A stretch of 64,000 bases of DNA from sequence record ON287375.1; one strand, written 5' to 3'. The position numbers were made by a program, and so were the translations under genes. The notes below the pieces were generated by a model that was not told the origin of the DNA, made no database searches, and was given only the letters and a program-made list of their open reading frames with translations. Below are positions 29,901 to 39,432 of the stretch, piece by piece (the stretch's first letter is position 1; each line of letters opens with the position of its first letter).

Positions 29901-31338
29901 TGACTCTTCTGCTCAAGCTTGTGAAGAAGTTAACCCTGTTCACCAAGTTAAGCAACAAGAAGAAGTTACCTTCGGTGGTACTCTGGGTCGTAGTGATCGT
30001 GCAATGGTTCGTCGTACTCGTGGTCAGTTACCTAACTATGAAGGGATCATCTCTGAAGCAGGTAAAGACTCCGGTAAAGTTGGCTTCATTAGTTATCTGA
30101 CTTCTGATGCTAAGATCGTTGACCTTTATGGTAACATTGACGTCAAAGAGAAGACCACTAATGCTGGTCGTGGCTCTGTTGTCATGAACCTACTGTACGG
30201 TACAACGAAAGACGATACCAAACGTACTCTGTTCTCTGGTGTTCAGCAATCTCAGGTAATGGCTGCTGACAACTACGTGATGAACCCACTGCGTACTTCT
30301 TACGACACTGTTCTTGCTTATCGTACTTCTGAACTTTATTCCTCTGTTGCAAAACAAGAAGGTGAAGTTACTGAAGTAACTCAGTACGGTATGAAGGTTC
30401 GTTATGAAGATGGCTCTGAAGACAAGTTCCCATTAGGTTATGAGATTGGTAAAGGTGCGGGTGAATATCACAAACACATGAAGATCACTGACTTTAATGT
30501 TGGGGATAAGTTTGACAAAGGAACTATCTTAGCGTGGGATGAAATGTTCTTTGCTCGTGACAACGTAGATCCAACTCGTGTTGTCTGGAAGGCAGGTGCA
30601 CTTGCTCGTATTGCTTTGATTGAAGACCAGTTTACCTTTGAAGACTCCATCGGTATCGTTAAAGGGTTTGCAGAAGCATCTACTTCTCCATTCCTGAAAC
30701 CGAATGACTTCAAGGTTGATGCTGTTCAATCTATCAAGATGCATGTGAAGGTTGGTGATACTGTTGAGTATGATCAGATCCTATGTGACATCGAGAACCC
30801 AGTCTCGGCTGTATTTGAAGCTGACGACAATGGAGATTTCGATGGTCTTGATCGTGCGGGTATCAAACAGATTAAAGCTAAGCAGTCTGGGGTGATCTCT
30901 AAAATTGAAGTTGTTTATAACGGCGACATCGATGGTTGGAGTGAATCTCTTCGTTCCTTTATTAACAAGCAAAACGGAATCCGTTCTAAAGTAGCTGCTT
31001 ATAAAGCGAACACCGCTACAACTGGTAACGTGGGTGGCAACACCTCGGTCGGTAAGTCTAAGGTTTATCCTGACACTGCCGTTGTCTATATTTATATTGA
31101 CAACAAGATCAAAACGACTACAGCGGATAAGTTTGTTGTAGGTAACCAGATGAAGGGGACTGTTGGGTTTATCTATGAACACCCAATCTACACTACCGAC
31201 GGTCGTCCTGTAGATATCACGTTCTCTCTTAAGTCACTGCTGAACCGAATGGTATTGAGCCTTCGTGATAAGTTAGTGGCTAATGAAGTGAACAACGTTT
31301 ATACAGAACGCATGGTTTCGAAATACGGAAAATATTAA
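26998..31338 (+). CDS. rpoB: Virion RNA polymerase beta subunit (phiKZ gp178-like)
   Basis: 1446 aa; ISEAGKDSGKVG, FEDSI, DKFVVGNQMKGTV, GRPVDITF motifs. Confidence 0.92.
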   Translation: MFKEPIMIDGNEAMQYNMFVKLYGTREKVNDVTNPRYTPVGDIMLPRNSLIHYQQQHPGEIGPSNTAPFISNFDKRINIYFNVNYETVLGTTKIENIQLSKVIKGYEGSHFIYSRVRQYQTAVGKEGELLVNDLAVGQIPVVYKRRTVFTPFQKSYNEMYTLFDSVNEFAKFGRHQFIQIELPRVFPTFKSLQLNFEKYKKFFNEDYEIVRYDKIPLQPFQAEQSFWLLDLFGILMGFNDAKYSQFNRLSDQARQQLEIIFTYNGKCWIVNLQNLINVLSYSDKPKDESASSLKINYFKRFYLSLINLVTPISESVGKVKDEEEDSNDDDQDEQGTRRETADDKSSEEGVPGKGAAVGDNPGSSSLADLYASTPRVDPVQNDTLRSEGTQTDPETYDTGSVESDNEDDVETDSWGQDVPDELFERATIENVSLTVAQAASPTSTINRQLNELSRSGQLTSKEKDFYERAANSYHDIEFGGRTLAEIVNIKPEDMVLKDTPIAPDSLVITDKSTLKSRTELLSDEYIKNIHQRNILEMILHVQNGGTALTDLEVERTITADSKYDVYTMKFQRVKGGQSTRRMRLPVVEEDGTFTINGVKSYMQLMRMELPIRKISPTKVALTSYYDKKVMVERSTKKVDDYARWLKASIIERSYVDKTLQVSLGGFKPPKDEVCYYYSVLASRFKSIITPDYNFDFDTVTLVDGKRELAKLCNANSWLIGFKGEHPILIDSSGLITVDGAEQGYIEEILGLNISKAPIPTATVNINGYHFPAIVVLSYWIGFSNVLKALKAQYRTVDPDQRPNLGADEYMIQLADERLIFNRRDELTTLVMSGLRKLNNLSNFSRSNLDDPNIWFGLVGDQRVKPSHFKEMTMLYDMFIDPITMRLLEKFKYPVVMDKLIIEAVKLMLSNESKHEIEITEQRFVGYERFAGHVYREMVKATRQARNKPNNGKVTFDLNPEAVMMNIITDSSAQACEEVNPVHQVKQQEEVTFGGTLGRSDRAMVRRTRGQLPNYEGIISEAGKDSGKVGFISYLTSDAKIVDLYGNIDVKEKTTNAGRGSVVMNLLYGTTKDDTKRTLFSGVQQSQVMAADNYVMNPLRTSYDTVLAYRTSELYSSVAKQEGEVTEVTQYGMKVRYEDGSEDKFPLGYEIGKGAGEYHKHMKITDFNVGDKFDKGTILAWDEMFFARDNVDPTRVVWKAGALARIALIEDQFTFEDSIGIVKGFAEASTSPFLKPNDFKVDAVQSIKMHVKVGDTVEYDQILCDIENPVSAVFEADDNGDFDGLDRAGIKQIKAKQSGVISKIEVVYNGDIDGWSESLRSFINKQNGIRSKVAAYKANTATTGNVGGNTSVGKSKVYPDTAVVYIYIDNKIKTTTADKFVVGNQMKGTVGFIYEHPIYTTDGRPVDITFSLKSLLNRMVLSLRDKLVANEVNNVYTERMVSKYGKY

Positions 31339-31340
31339 AG

Positions 31341-32204
31341 ATGGCAAACAGTAACACTAATGTATTCGCAATTAAAACATTGCAATCATTGTTACGTGAG
31401 CTTTCCCTCTACAAAGGCCGCATTGACGGCCTTTTTGGGCAAGGCTGTCGTGACGCTTTTATTCTGATGTTGAAAACTCATACACCGAGCTTCAACAAAA
31501 CTTTATATCAAGGTAGCTATGATGCAAGTCAAGTGTTTACTTTGGTTCAAACTGGTTTGGCTGCTGTTGGTCTTTATACCAAGCGTATTGATGGTCTGTG
31601 GGGTCAAGGTACTCTGGATGGCTTTAATGAGCTTGTGGAATTCTATCGCAAAGCCAAGGGTCTCCCATCGTACTGGTTTGCGTGGTCTGGCAATCCAAAT
31701 GTCCCAGCGGCAGGTGTTGAGAAATACCAAGCATGGTTAGCGCATTGGGGTAAGCCTGCTGATAACGTTTCTTATATCTTAAGCTGTAATGCTTTAGAGA
31801 CCGGTCGTACATTTAACCCTGCTGCCCGCAACCCTAAATCTGGCGCTGTTGGTCTGATTCAATTCATGCCTAAAACAACTGCTCCTGACCTGGGAACTAC
31901 GGCAGATGCTCTTGCTAAAATGACTTTTGTTGAGCAGCAAGATTATGTCTTCAAATATTTTGAAAAGTACGGTTATATTAAGAAGTGCAAAACTCTGGAA
32001 GATTATTACCTTTCTATCTTCATGCCGAAGCTAGTTGGTAAGAGCCCAGATGAAGTTGTTGCTTCCCGTGGTTCATTAACTTACTCCCAGAACGTAGGGT
32101 TTGATATCGGTAACAAAGGCTATTACACCGTTGGTGATATTGCCTCCGCTATTAACCAGTTCTATTGGGACGGTATGGATCCTAAGAACCGTAAAGTTAT
32201 TTAA
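31341..32204 (+). CDS. Modular endolysin: peptidoglycan-binding domain plus lytic transglycosylase
   Basis: Two IDGL(F/W)GQG repeats; ALETG catalytic Glu and AVGLIQFMP SLT motif. Confidence 0.85.
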   Translation: MANSNTNVFAIKTLQSLLRELSLYKGRIDGLFGQGCRDAFILMLKTHTPSFNKTLYQGSYDASQVFTLVQTGLAAVGLYTKRIDGLWGQGTLDGFNELVEFYRKAKGLPSYWFAWSGNPNVPAAGVEKYQAWLAHWGKPADNVSYILSCNALETGRTFNPAARNPKSGAVGLIQFMPKTTAPDLGTTADALAKMTFVEQQDYVFKYFEKYGYIKKCKTLEDYYLSIFMPKLVGKSPDEVVASRGSLTYSQNVGFDIGNKGYYTVGDIASAINQFYWDGMDPKNRKVI

Positions 32205-32235
32205 TTAGCCGTCTCAAGAGTATAAGGAAAATTAC

Positions 32236-32403
32236 ATGTCTGCTGTAGACAATATCATTACCGTTAGCAACTTGTTTGAAGTTGTTAGTAAGGTTAAAGA
32301 AAAGGTTGGTTATGAGTTCCAAGCTCCTCTGGAAGCTGATGAGCAGAACGAAGTTACCTCCCGTGCCATCAAACAGAAAATCTTGGAGAATAGCCCAGAA
32401 TGA
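32236..32403 (+). CDS. Small hypothetical protein (55 aa), not in the ORF track
   Basis: AAGGA RBS; MSAVDNIITV...LENSPE; stop overlaps the next ATG (ATGA). Confidence 0.7.
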   Translation: MSAVDNIITVSNLFEVVSKVKEKVGYEFQAPLEADEQNEVTSRAIKQKILENSPE

Positions 32404-33917
32404 TTACTCAACAAACCGTCCTGATGGCTACCCCAATTGCACTGCTTGCAACTGAGAAAGGCATCGACCTTCATGATAATGTCAGCGACGTTATTAAAGG
32501 TCTTAATGAATGTACCGCTAGCATTCGTGGTTTCACTGAAGAAAACATTGCTGTAGATCTTCCTGACTTTACTGCGACTGTTGGTGAACATACCCTGGTG
32601 CTGGAAGAAGCCACGGATATCATTGCAGAGCGTATTCGTTCTGCTCTGAACCTGATCTCTAAAACCGTTAAACCTATCCTGAAAGATGTAGAACAGAAAC
32701 TGCGTTCTGAAATCGATCCAGGTAACGTTGCAGATACTATCTTCAGTTATCTGGACGTTGAGATGGTTAACGTTGAACCAAGCTTCCTGAATAGCCCGTA
32801 TTACCCAAATGCTATTCCTCAGAACTTCATCGATATCCCGACCATTCGTCTGAACCAACTGCTGCAGGGGACCTACCCTTCAATGTCGGCTGAAGATCTG
32901 GTTGAACTGATCGCTGTTAATGTTGACGACCTGACTGGTTTCTGGTCCAACCCTGAAGAAGTTAAACGTATTTACGAAACCTTCTTCGTTGAGAAGAACT
33001 GGTACGAACTGTTTAATGGTTCTGCTATCTCCAATGGTTCTGCTGACCTGGGTAACTATGAGAACTATGCATTTAAAGCATTCCGTCCTCTGGTTATCGG
33101 TAGTCTGCTTCTGAACCGTTTGGTTGCTATGGATGAACCGCTGGATGGTGTGACTGGTGTTAGCCTGGATGACTATCGTACTTCACTGCGTGTAACTCGC
33201 GATCTGTTTAACGCAATGCTGTTCAAGTTCAAACAAATCTGGGAAACTCGTGCGGCTGCCGGTGTTGTTATTATCAATGACAATGTACGTCTTGAAAATG
33301 CCGATTGGGGTAATCTGGTAGGGACTCCTGTTCTGACTGGTAAACTGTTGGTTGGTTATAACAATGCTGTACTGGAAATGTTTGCAGATAAAGAAGAGAT
33401 GTCTCTGTCTGAATTTGCTGCCGGTTACGCTTACGCTAAGATCCGTGACTATGCTGTTAAAGATATCATCACTGATAAAGAAACCGTGACTGATGCATGG
33501 CGTGAATATTGCGGTAACGTTAATACCGCTCTGGTACTTGGTAAAGGTAATGTTGCAAAACGCATTTTCTGCCAAGTTCTAGAAGGTCTGTATGCTAAAG
33601 AAGAATACAAACCTTTCATCGATATCATCGATGAACATATTCACCCTACTCAGCGTATTCTGTCTCGCATCCAACAGCGTGTCGATCTGGATGCATTCTT
33701 CGCTAATACCCCAATGCTGGATGCAATTGTTCGTGAAGAGAACTCTCTGATGAACACCGTACTGGGTGCTATTATGGCTGGTGCTTTCGACTCTCCTATC
33801 GCAGAAGAGATCCTGACCATCAACGCATCTATGCCAGCTCACTCTCTGGTACAACAGCGTAAACACCTGTCTCGTTCCATTGACCTGGTTATCCTTAACA
33901 GACTGATCAAACTGTAA
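32400..33917 (+). CDS. Conserved phiKZ-like protein (gp177-like position)
   Basis: 505 aa with strongly biased codons; synteny. Confidence 0.6.
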   Translation: MITQQTVLMATPIALLATEKGIDLHDNVSDVIKGLNECTASIRGFTEENIAVDLPDFTATVGEHTLVLEEATDIIAERIRSALNLISKTVKPILKDVEQKLRSEIDPGNVADTIFSYLDVEMVNVEPSFLNSPYYPNAIPQNFIDIPTIRLNQLLQGTYPSMSAEDLVELIAVNVDDLTGFWSNPEEVKRIYETFFVEKNWYELFNGSAISNGSADLGNYENYAFKAFRPLVIGSLLLNRLVAMDEPLDGVTGVSLDDYRTSLRVTRDLFNAMLFKFKQIWETRAAAGVVIINDNVRLENADWGNLVGTPVLTGKLLVGYNNAVLEMFADKEEMSLSEFAAGYAYAKIRDYAVKDIITDKETVTDAWREYCGNVNTALVLGKGNVAKRIFCQVLEGLYAKEEYKPFIDIIDEHIHPTQRILSRIQQRVDLDAFFANTPMLDAIVREENSLMNTVLGAIMAGAFDSPIAEEILTINASMPAHSLVQQRKHLSRSIDLVILNRLIKL

Positions 33918-34654
33918 TGGAAATAGAAAAGCTGAAGAAAGACCGAGGGCGGATTGATGCCGCCCTTAAAGTCTTACCAGATGGTAGTGTTGTAGCTTTA
34001 AAGAAACTGACAGTTTGTTTCCCTAAACGTTTTGAACAAAGTAACTTAGCGGAAATCTCTGACGTTGTTACATCTATCCTTATGTTAGGTGTTATCGTTG
34101 GAGATTCATATGGTTTCCTGGGTGGTATGGTTAAGGTTAATCTCCACCCAGGAGATATCTATGAAGAGACGATTGGTAATGATCGTTATTTCATGCTTGA
34201 GTTTGAACCAGGTGATGTAGTGATCGAGTCGTTGACAGTTCCTATGGACTCCAACATCGGTTATTACTATTACTTGGAGTTTACCAAGTATGCTCGTATC
34301 CCATGGTACTTTGACGCAGCTGATTTGCTGAGCGTTTATGACGAAGCTAAATTCTACACTGGTAAGTCAATGGGGACAAGTAACCAAGCCATTCGCGTAT
34401 TCTACGCTTTGACTCAACGTGATCCTAAAGACTTAGGTATTCCGTTCCGTTACTCGTCAAGTCTCAAAGACCCAGCAGTGAAACCTCGTATTATCGGCAT
34501 CAACAACCCAGGGCAGTTGCTCAACTCTACCTTTAGCCGTCTGGCTTCTGGTTATATGACTGACAACATTATCTCTGGTATTCTGAATCCGGATACTAAG
34601 GTTACTCACCTGGAAGAAGTTATTCGTGGCCTTCCGGCTGCAGGTGGAAATTAA
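33917..34654 (+). CDS. Conserved phiKZ-like protein (gp176-like position)
   Basis: 245 aa; synteny. Confidence 0.6.
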   Translation: MEIEKLKKDRGRIDAALKVLPDGSVVALKKLTVCFPKRFEQSNLAEISDVVTSILMLGVIVGDSYGFLGGMVKVNLHPGDIYEETIGNDRYFMLEFEPGDVVIESLTVPMDSNIGYYYYLEFTKYARIPWYFDAADLLSVYDEAKFYTGKSMGTSNQAIRVFYALTQRDPKDLGIPFRYSSSLKDPAVKPRIIGINNPGQLLNSTFSRLASGYMTDNIISGILNPDTKVTHLEEVIRGLPAAGGN

Positions 34655-34655
34655 G

Positions 34656-35504
34656 ATGGATGAAATTAGCTTAGGTAATATCGTTCTTGCTCATTCAGGT
34701 AAGAAAGGTATTCTTCGTCCTGATGAAGATGGGTTGTATGAATTGAATGCTGGGGGTTTTAATATCCCCAACCATGCTGGTATCGTTTATCCGGCCAACG
34801 ATTACATCATCTCTCAGATCGAAGAGAACAGTGACCTTAACCGTCGTGTTAAAATGGGTTACTGCAAAATGGAAGTTGAACACCCAGAACCTTTCGTTTA
34901 CGTCATTGAGAATGGTGTTAAATACCGTGCTCCTATGACTGACGTTATTCAGTGGATCAACCGTCTGCGTTCCTTTGATCCGGATCGTATTTGTGGTTTG
35001 ATTAGTAAAGTTATTTGGCGTCCTGAAGACAACAATAACTTATCCAAGCCTATTTGGAACCTGATCAAGTGTAAACCATTTGGTCCTCGTGGTCCTGAGT
35101 TCCAAGAGTCTCTGGAAACTCCACAGCACAATACCGCTGTAAGTATCCGTACTCAGATCTCTCCATTCCGTCCTGGTGAACTCCAGAAGAATGTTGAATA
35201 CTGGACTGGTTACGATTGGGTTTCTGAACCAGGTATGGTTCACGCTAACAAACATATGAGTGCTGGCTGTGAATCCTTCTTGAATGATTTCGGTATGGTT
35301 GACAACATGAAGAAATTCAAAGTTGCTGACGTTATCGAAAAACTGGATCATGCTCTTGCTACTGCAACTTCTGGTGAAGAACTGGATCGGGTTGGTGGTA
35401 TGGAAGCTTTAGGTCAGTATCGTGACATGCTGTCTGCTATCAAGAAGAACTACCGTACTGGTGAAACCACCACTATGGGTGTTAGCTTTACCGATATCTT
35501 CTAA
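34656..35504 (+). CDS. Prohead protease (phiKZ gp175/T4 gp21 family)
   Basis: EVEHP (His), KPFGPRG, AVSIRT (Ser), GYDWVSEPG (Asp). Confidence 0.85.
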   Translation: MDEISLGNIVLAHSGKKGILRPDEDGLYELNAGGFNIPNHAGIVYPANDYIISQIEENSDLNRRVKMGYCKMEVEHPEPFVYVIENGVKYRAPMTDVIQWINRLRSFDPDRICGLISKVIWRPEDNNNLSKPIWNLIKCKPFGPRGPEFQESLETPQHNTAVSIRTQISPFRPGELQKNVEYWTGYDWVSEPGMVHANKHMSAGCESFLNDFGMVDNMKKFKVADVIEKLDHALATATSGEELDRVGGMEALGQYRDMLSAIKKNYRTGETTTMGVSFTDIF

Positions 35505-35511
35505 TTAGATA

Positions 35512-35539
35512 AGTAGGGGTCCTTCGGGATCTCTACTTA
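35512..35539 (+). terminator. Intrinsic terminator
   Basis: aagtaggggtcc-ttcg-ggatctctactt followed by attttg. Confidence 0.7.
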
Positions 35540-35607
35540 TTTTGTTATGCGTGTATCTATTATACGTTAAGAACAGAAAACCATTTAATACAAAAAGGAA
35601 ATAAGAA

Positions 35608-36207
35608 ATGTCCGAAGTTAAACCAATTAACCTGAACACTCTTCGCATTGCTACTCAGGTTCGTGAACTGGTCCTCCAGGGCGTTACCCTGAAGAACACT
35701 TTGAAAGATATGCATGAAGTTTGGATGTCTTTGTACAGTGAAGATAAGAAGTGTCTTATTGTAGAGATGCAGGCAACTAAAGTTCGTGCTCAGCTAATTA
35801 ACCTGTATGCAATCAAACTGATCAAATATGTCAACAGTATTGTTGGTCTGGATTTGGTTCCACTGGCACAACAAGTTAACCCAGCATCTGCCGATATGCA
35901 GAATACCGACCCAGCTACTTTCTCATGGAAGATGGATAGTGTATTGCTGAACATCTGCTCTAACAAAATTGATGATCATGAACATCTGTTCAAACTGTTG
36001 ATGATCAACCTGTTTGGTGTTTCCGAACAAATTGTTGCTTTCTCCCTGAACCCTACTTGGACCGATCTGCGCGACATCATTATCAAAACCTATGACTTTG
36101 ATCTGGGTGACGTCGAAGGTGCAACAGGTATTCCAGAGCTGGAACTGGTAGAAGGTGCTCTATATAACTATCTGAGTAATCCAGAACAAGGTTACAAAGC
36201 TTACTAA
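35608..36207 (+). CDS. Hypothetical protein
   Basis: 199-aa ORF, AAGGA upstream. Confidence 0.75.
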   Translation: MSEVKPINLNTLRIATQVRELVLQGVTLKNTLKDMHEVWMSLYSEDKKCLIVEMQATKVRAQLINLYAIKLIKYVNSIVGLDLVPLAQQVNPASADMQNTDPATFSWKMDSVLLNICSNKIDDHEHLFKLLMINLFGVSEQIVAFSLNPTWTDLRDIIIKTYDFDLGDVEGATGIPELELVEGALYNYLSNPEQGYKAY

Positions 36208-36261
36208 TCAAATATAAGTGTTGGGGGTTAACGCCCCTGACCTTAATCAATTAAAGAGAAC

Positions 36262-36831
36262 ATGATGAAAACTGTCGTATTACCAACACTGGGTAAAGAA
36301 CCTATCTATTCCACAGAAAGGAATGTTTCATCTAGTGAAGGTTATCGCTCAATGCGTTTAAACCATCATAAGTTAGGTGATCTTAACTATGAAGTTGTTC
36401 TTTCAGTAGTTAACCGTCCTGGTACCGAGGATGGTAAAGTCGTCTTTGCTGCTGAACGGGATTGGGTAGACGAAGCCATGCAGAAATTCATCAATAATCC
36501 AATTGGTGAAAATGATCATATTGCAGTAGGTCGTGAAGCACGGTCGTGGAATAATTTTGATGACTCCACTAATCGTTTTAATACAATCATAATTGAACGA
36601 TGTGCTGGGGTGCTTAATAGTTTTGAATTATCAGGTATCCGTGACTTCTCTAAATCAATCGTTATCCAAGGCAACATTACAGTAACTGAAGAAGTAGCTA
36701 GTATGTTAGATAGTGGGGCGTATGTTTATGCCTTACGTTCTCAAGTCGCTCATAATGAATCTGGGTCCAGCCTTATAAAGATCATTGCCTTTGACTTACT
36801 TATGGCTGATAATTTGAATACATCTATTTAA
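36262..36831 (+). CDS. Prohead-protease-like paralogue, probably inactive
   Basis: GENDH, NRF...ER, YALRS and IAFDL are co-linear with the protease motifs; catalytic Ser position is Ala. Confidence 0.45.
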   Translation: MMKTVVLPTLGKEPIYSTERNVSSSEGYRSMRLNHHKLGDLNYEVVLSVVNRPGTEDGKVVFAAERDWVDEAMQKFINNPIGENDHIAVGREARSWNNFDDSTNRFNTIIIERCAGVLNSFELSGIRDFSKSIVIQGNITVTEEVASMLDSGAYVYALRSQVAHNESGSSLIKIIAFDLLMADNLNTSI

Positions 36832-36849
36832 TTTAAAGCAGATATTATT
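36832..36849 (+). promoter_or_regulatory. Putative phage early promoter
   Basis: TTTAAAGCAGATATTATT. Confidence 0.55.
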
Positions 36850-36901
36850 AACGTGTTGAAGTAAACATAATTTATCTTAAACTTTATCTGGAGTATTAAT
36901 A

Positions 36902-37288
36902 ATGTCTGAAATTACTGAAATCAAAACCCTGGAAGAACTGATCGAAGTTACTTCTCCTAAAACTGTCTTCATCGCAGTTGAGAAAGAAGATCACCCTATC
37001 GGTGATGAAGAAGATGCTGAAGGTAAAGCTGATCACGCTGTTCGTGCAGTTAGCATTACTGAGCGTGTTCTTGCTCAGCTGGATAAATGCGAAGTTATCA
37101 ACAGGGCTGTAATTAAAGTGACACCTAAAGAAGGTGACGCTGTTGTTACCAACCAGTATGCATTTGTTGATGTTAAACAAAACTGGACCAAAGCACTGAC
37201 TTCCGATATTGCTTTCGTATATCGCCTGGATGGTAAGATTGAGATTATCCGTGGTGGGGATGTTAAACCATATACGCTGTTAGATTGA
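36902..37288 (+). CDS. Hypothetical protein
   Basis: 128 aa, GGAG RBS. Confidence 0.75.
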   Translation: MSEITEIKTLEELIEVTSPKTVFIAVEKEDHPIGDEEDAEGKADHAVRAVSITERVLAQLDKCEVINRAVIKVTPKEGDAVVTNQYAFVDVKQNWTKALTSDIAFVYRLDGKIEIIRGGDVKPYTLLD

Positions 37289-37289
37289 G

Positions 37290-37619
37290 ATGGTCGATAT
37301 CAAAAGAACTATCATTGCTGTGGCTATCGCCATGGCAATGGTTGTCCCTGTAAAGGCCGTTGTGATCGTTGTGAACACTGCCGCTACAACTGCCGCCATT
37401 GCTGCTAGTAATGCAGCTATAGCCGCTAGTAACGCTTCACGTGCTGCCGTTATTGCACAGCAAGCCAAAGAAGTTGAAGCAAAGAAGAGAGCTGCTAAAC
37501 TTCATCGGTTTAATGTTAGAAAGCAATGGTTAAATCAACAGCCGCCATCCAAAACTTCAACTGAGAGTGAAAGCTCTTTTAGGAACTTTAATGTCAGTAG
37601 CACTTACGAATCTCGTTAA
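37290..37619 (+). CDS. Signal-peptide-bearing Ala-rich protein
   Basis: TIIAVAIAMAMVVPVKA followed by AATTAAIAASNAAIAASNAS. Confidence 0.6.
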   Translation: MVDIKRTIIAVAIAMAMVVPVKAVVIVVNTAATTAAIAASNAAIAASNASRAAVIAQQAKEVEAKKRAAKLHRFNVRKQWLNQQPPSKTSTESESSFRNFNVSSTYESR

Positions 37620-38145
37620 GAACATTGCTAAGACTAATCATGGGTTAAGTAAAGAGGATAAACTCAAGATGAAAGAATTGTTAGAATCTGAAAAGGTCGT
37701 CTATATCGAAGATCTGTGTAAGATCGCTAAACCTAAGACTATCTTCATCATGATGGCTAACTATAACCATTCGGTACTGACTGATGAAGCTAAGGCCGCT
37801 GCGCGCCTTCGTGCTGAAAAGTTCATCAAGCATTATCATGAAACCGTTGATAGTGAAGCGGTGTTTGATTATAGTCATGCCATTCGTGAAGAAAAGGATC
37901 CGAGTAAGATCTTTGAAAGTAACTTAAAGATCGTTCCTCGCGAAGGTCAAGATAAACAAGCGATCTCTCGTTTGTCATTCTTATCTGATCTGGCGCTGAT
38001 TATCTATCTGGATGAATCTATCGTCCTGGCTCGTAGTCGTGATCTCCCTACCGGATATCGTGCACAGTGGCATCATGGTCTGACTGAATCTCAGTTGAAA
38101 GACCAAATGGAATTCAAACCTTCTGAAACCAAGGAAGAGAAATGA
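37591..38145 (+). CDS. Hypothetical protein
   Basis: ATG 37591 after AGGA. Confidence 0.7.
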   Translation: MSVALTNLVKNIAKTNHGLSKEDKLKMKELLESEKVVYIEDLCKIAKPKTIFIMMANYNHSVLTDEAKAAARLRAEKFIKHYHETVDSEAVFDYSHAIREEKDPSKIFESNLKIVPREGQDKQAISRLSFLSDLALIIYLDESIVLARSRDLPTGYRAQWHHGLTESQLKDQMEFKPSETKEEK

Positions 38146-38390
38146 AAAAGGTACTGATTGCTTTATTGGCTGTTGTTAGCTTTGGTGTAGGTGCGGCAAC
38201 TACTGAACGTGCTAAAAGTAATTCTGAGTATGTTGATCCAGATCGCTTTGTCGTTAGTGTCATGACCGGTCGTATGGATTCCATCATCACTGACACTAAG
38301 ACCGGTTGTCAGTATTTGGAAATCAATCTGAGAACAGCACAACTGTTGGGTTGTTTTGATGAATATAAAAAGGACACTAAAAAGAAATAA
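38142..38390 (+). CDS. Small secreted protein
   Basis: MKKVLIALLAVVSFGVGA signal peptide; IITDTKTGCQYL motif. Confidence 0.7.
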   Translation: MKKVLIALLAVVSFGVGAATTERAKSNSEYVDPDRFVVSVMTGRMDSIITDTKTGCQYLEINLRTAQLLGCFDEYKKDTKKK

Positions 38391-38415
38391 AATTTTAGTG
38401 AAGCCAAAATGCTTC

Positions 38416-38428
38416 AGGTATATATTAT
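38416..38428 (+). promoter_or_regulatory. Putative phage early promoter
   Basis: CAGGTATATTATTAC. Confidence 0.5.
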
Positions 38429-38495
38429 TACCGTGAAGCAGAAATGCTGGGAAGACGAACACGTACTTCTCTCTTATACTTTTTAGGAGTTTAGA

Positions 38496-38954
38496 ATGAA
38501 TCAAGTTGAACTGAGTGAACGTTCTCTTAAACGTTTTGGTTTCTTACTCGTTGATCCAGAAACTGGTATGACAGTCAGTGAAGAAGAACAGTTGGTATTT
38601 ATCGAGAGCATTCGTAACATCCAACCAAAAACAACACCGACTAGCTTGAAGACTACCAAGTTGTCTAAGATCATTGAGCTGGCTGATTGCAAGACAATCC
38701 TAATCCAGGTTTCCCAAGGTCCAAAGTTTAAGGAAGAGATTTCTGAACGCACACTTCACTTAGTTAAACAGATCTTCAAACTTTCTCCTGGATCAGATAT
38801 TTCTATCGTTAAGTTTGATGCCAATGGTAACGGGAATATGGCCGACCATTTGACTCACTCTTTGGTGTTCACTGTATTTCCTGGAAACGTGAACATTGAT
38901 AAAACTCGTGGCTTGCCTGGAACTGAAGGCTCCACTCTGTTAGTAACTGAATAA
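38496..38954 (+). CDS. Hypothetical protein
   Basis: 152 aa, AGGAG RBS. Confidence 0.75.
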   Translation: MNQVELSERSLKRFGFLLVDPETGMTVSEEEQLVFIESIRNIQPKTTPTSLKTTKLSKIIELADCKTILIQVSQGPKFKEEISERTLHLVKQIFKLSPGSDISIVKFDANGNGNMADHLTHSLVFTVFPGNVNIDKTRGLPGTEGSTLLVTE

Positions 38955-38991
38955 ACAAACCACTCACCAAAGTAAATAGGAAATAAGTATC

Positions 38992-39432
38992 ATGGCTAAG
39001 ACTAACAAACCTTTCGGTAAAGTAATTGACGCTCAGGTAGCAGAACTGGTAAAAGGTGCAGAGATTCATAAAGAAACTCACCATATCAAATTCGGTGCTC
39101 CAGCGATGCCAGAAGGTGTAACTAATGAGAGTCTGAAGACTCACGTTGATTTCATCAACCAAACTGGTCTGGCTGTTGAAGCGGCGACTTTCCAGATCGC
39201 TCAAGATCAATTCCCAGAAACCAAGCAAGAAGCTTGGGATGGTCGTCTGGAAATGTTCGAAGGCTTGACCTTCAACTCTGATGTTCGACTGCGTGAAGTA
39301 GTTGGTGAAGAAACTCTGTATGGTACAACGCAGACCTTCATCGATCATCCACATTCTCAGGAAATGGTTGATTGGTATTCCTCCTTCCGCGATCGCAATG
39401 TTGAGCTGGCCACTAATCTGTTTAAAGATTAA
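38992..39432 (+). CDS. Hypothetical protein
   Basis: 146 aa, codon usage typical of highly expressed genes; followed by hairpin at 39447-39472. Confidence 0.8.
   Translation: MAKTNKPFGKVIDAQVAELVKGAEIHKETHHIKFGAPAMPEGVTNESLKTHVDFINQTGLAVEAATFQIAQDQFPETKQEAWDGRLEMFEGLTFNSDVRLREVVGEETLYGTTQTFIDHPHSQEMVDWYSSFRDRNVELATNLFKD

Noticed and set aside
25382-31338. Intron, intein or homing endonuclease in the vRNAP genes
   Set aside because: Both frames are continuous and of expected size, with no intein motifs; the same holds for the terminase
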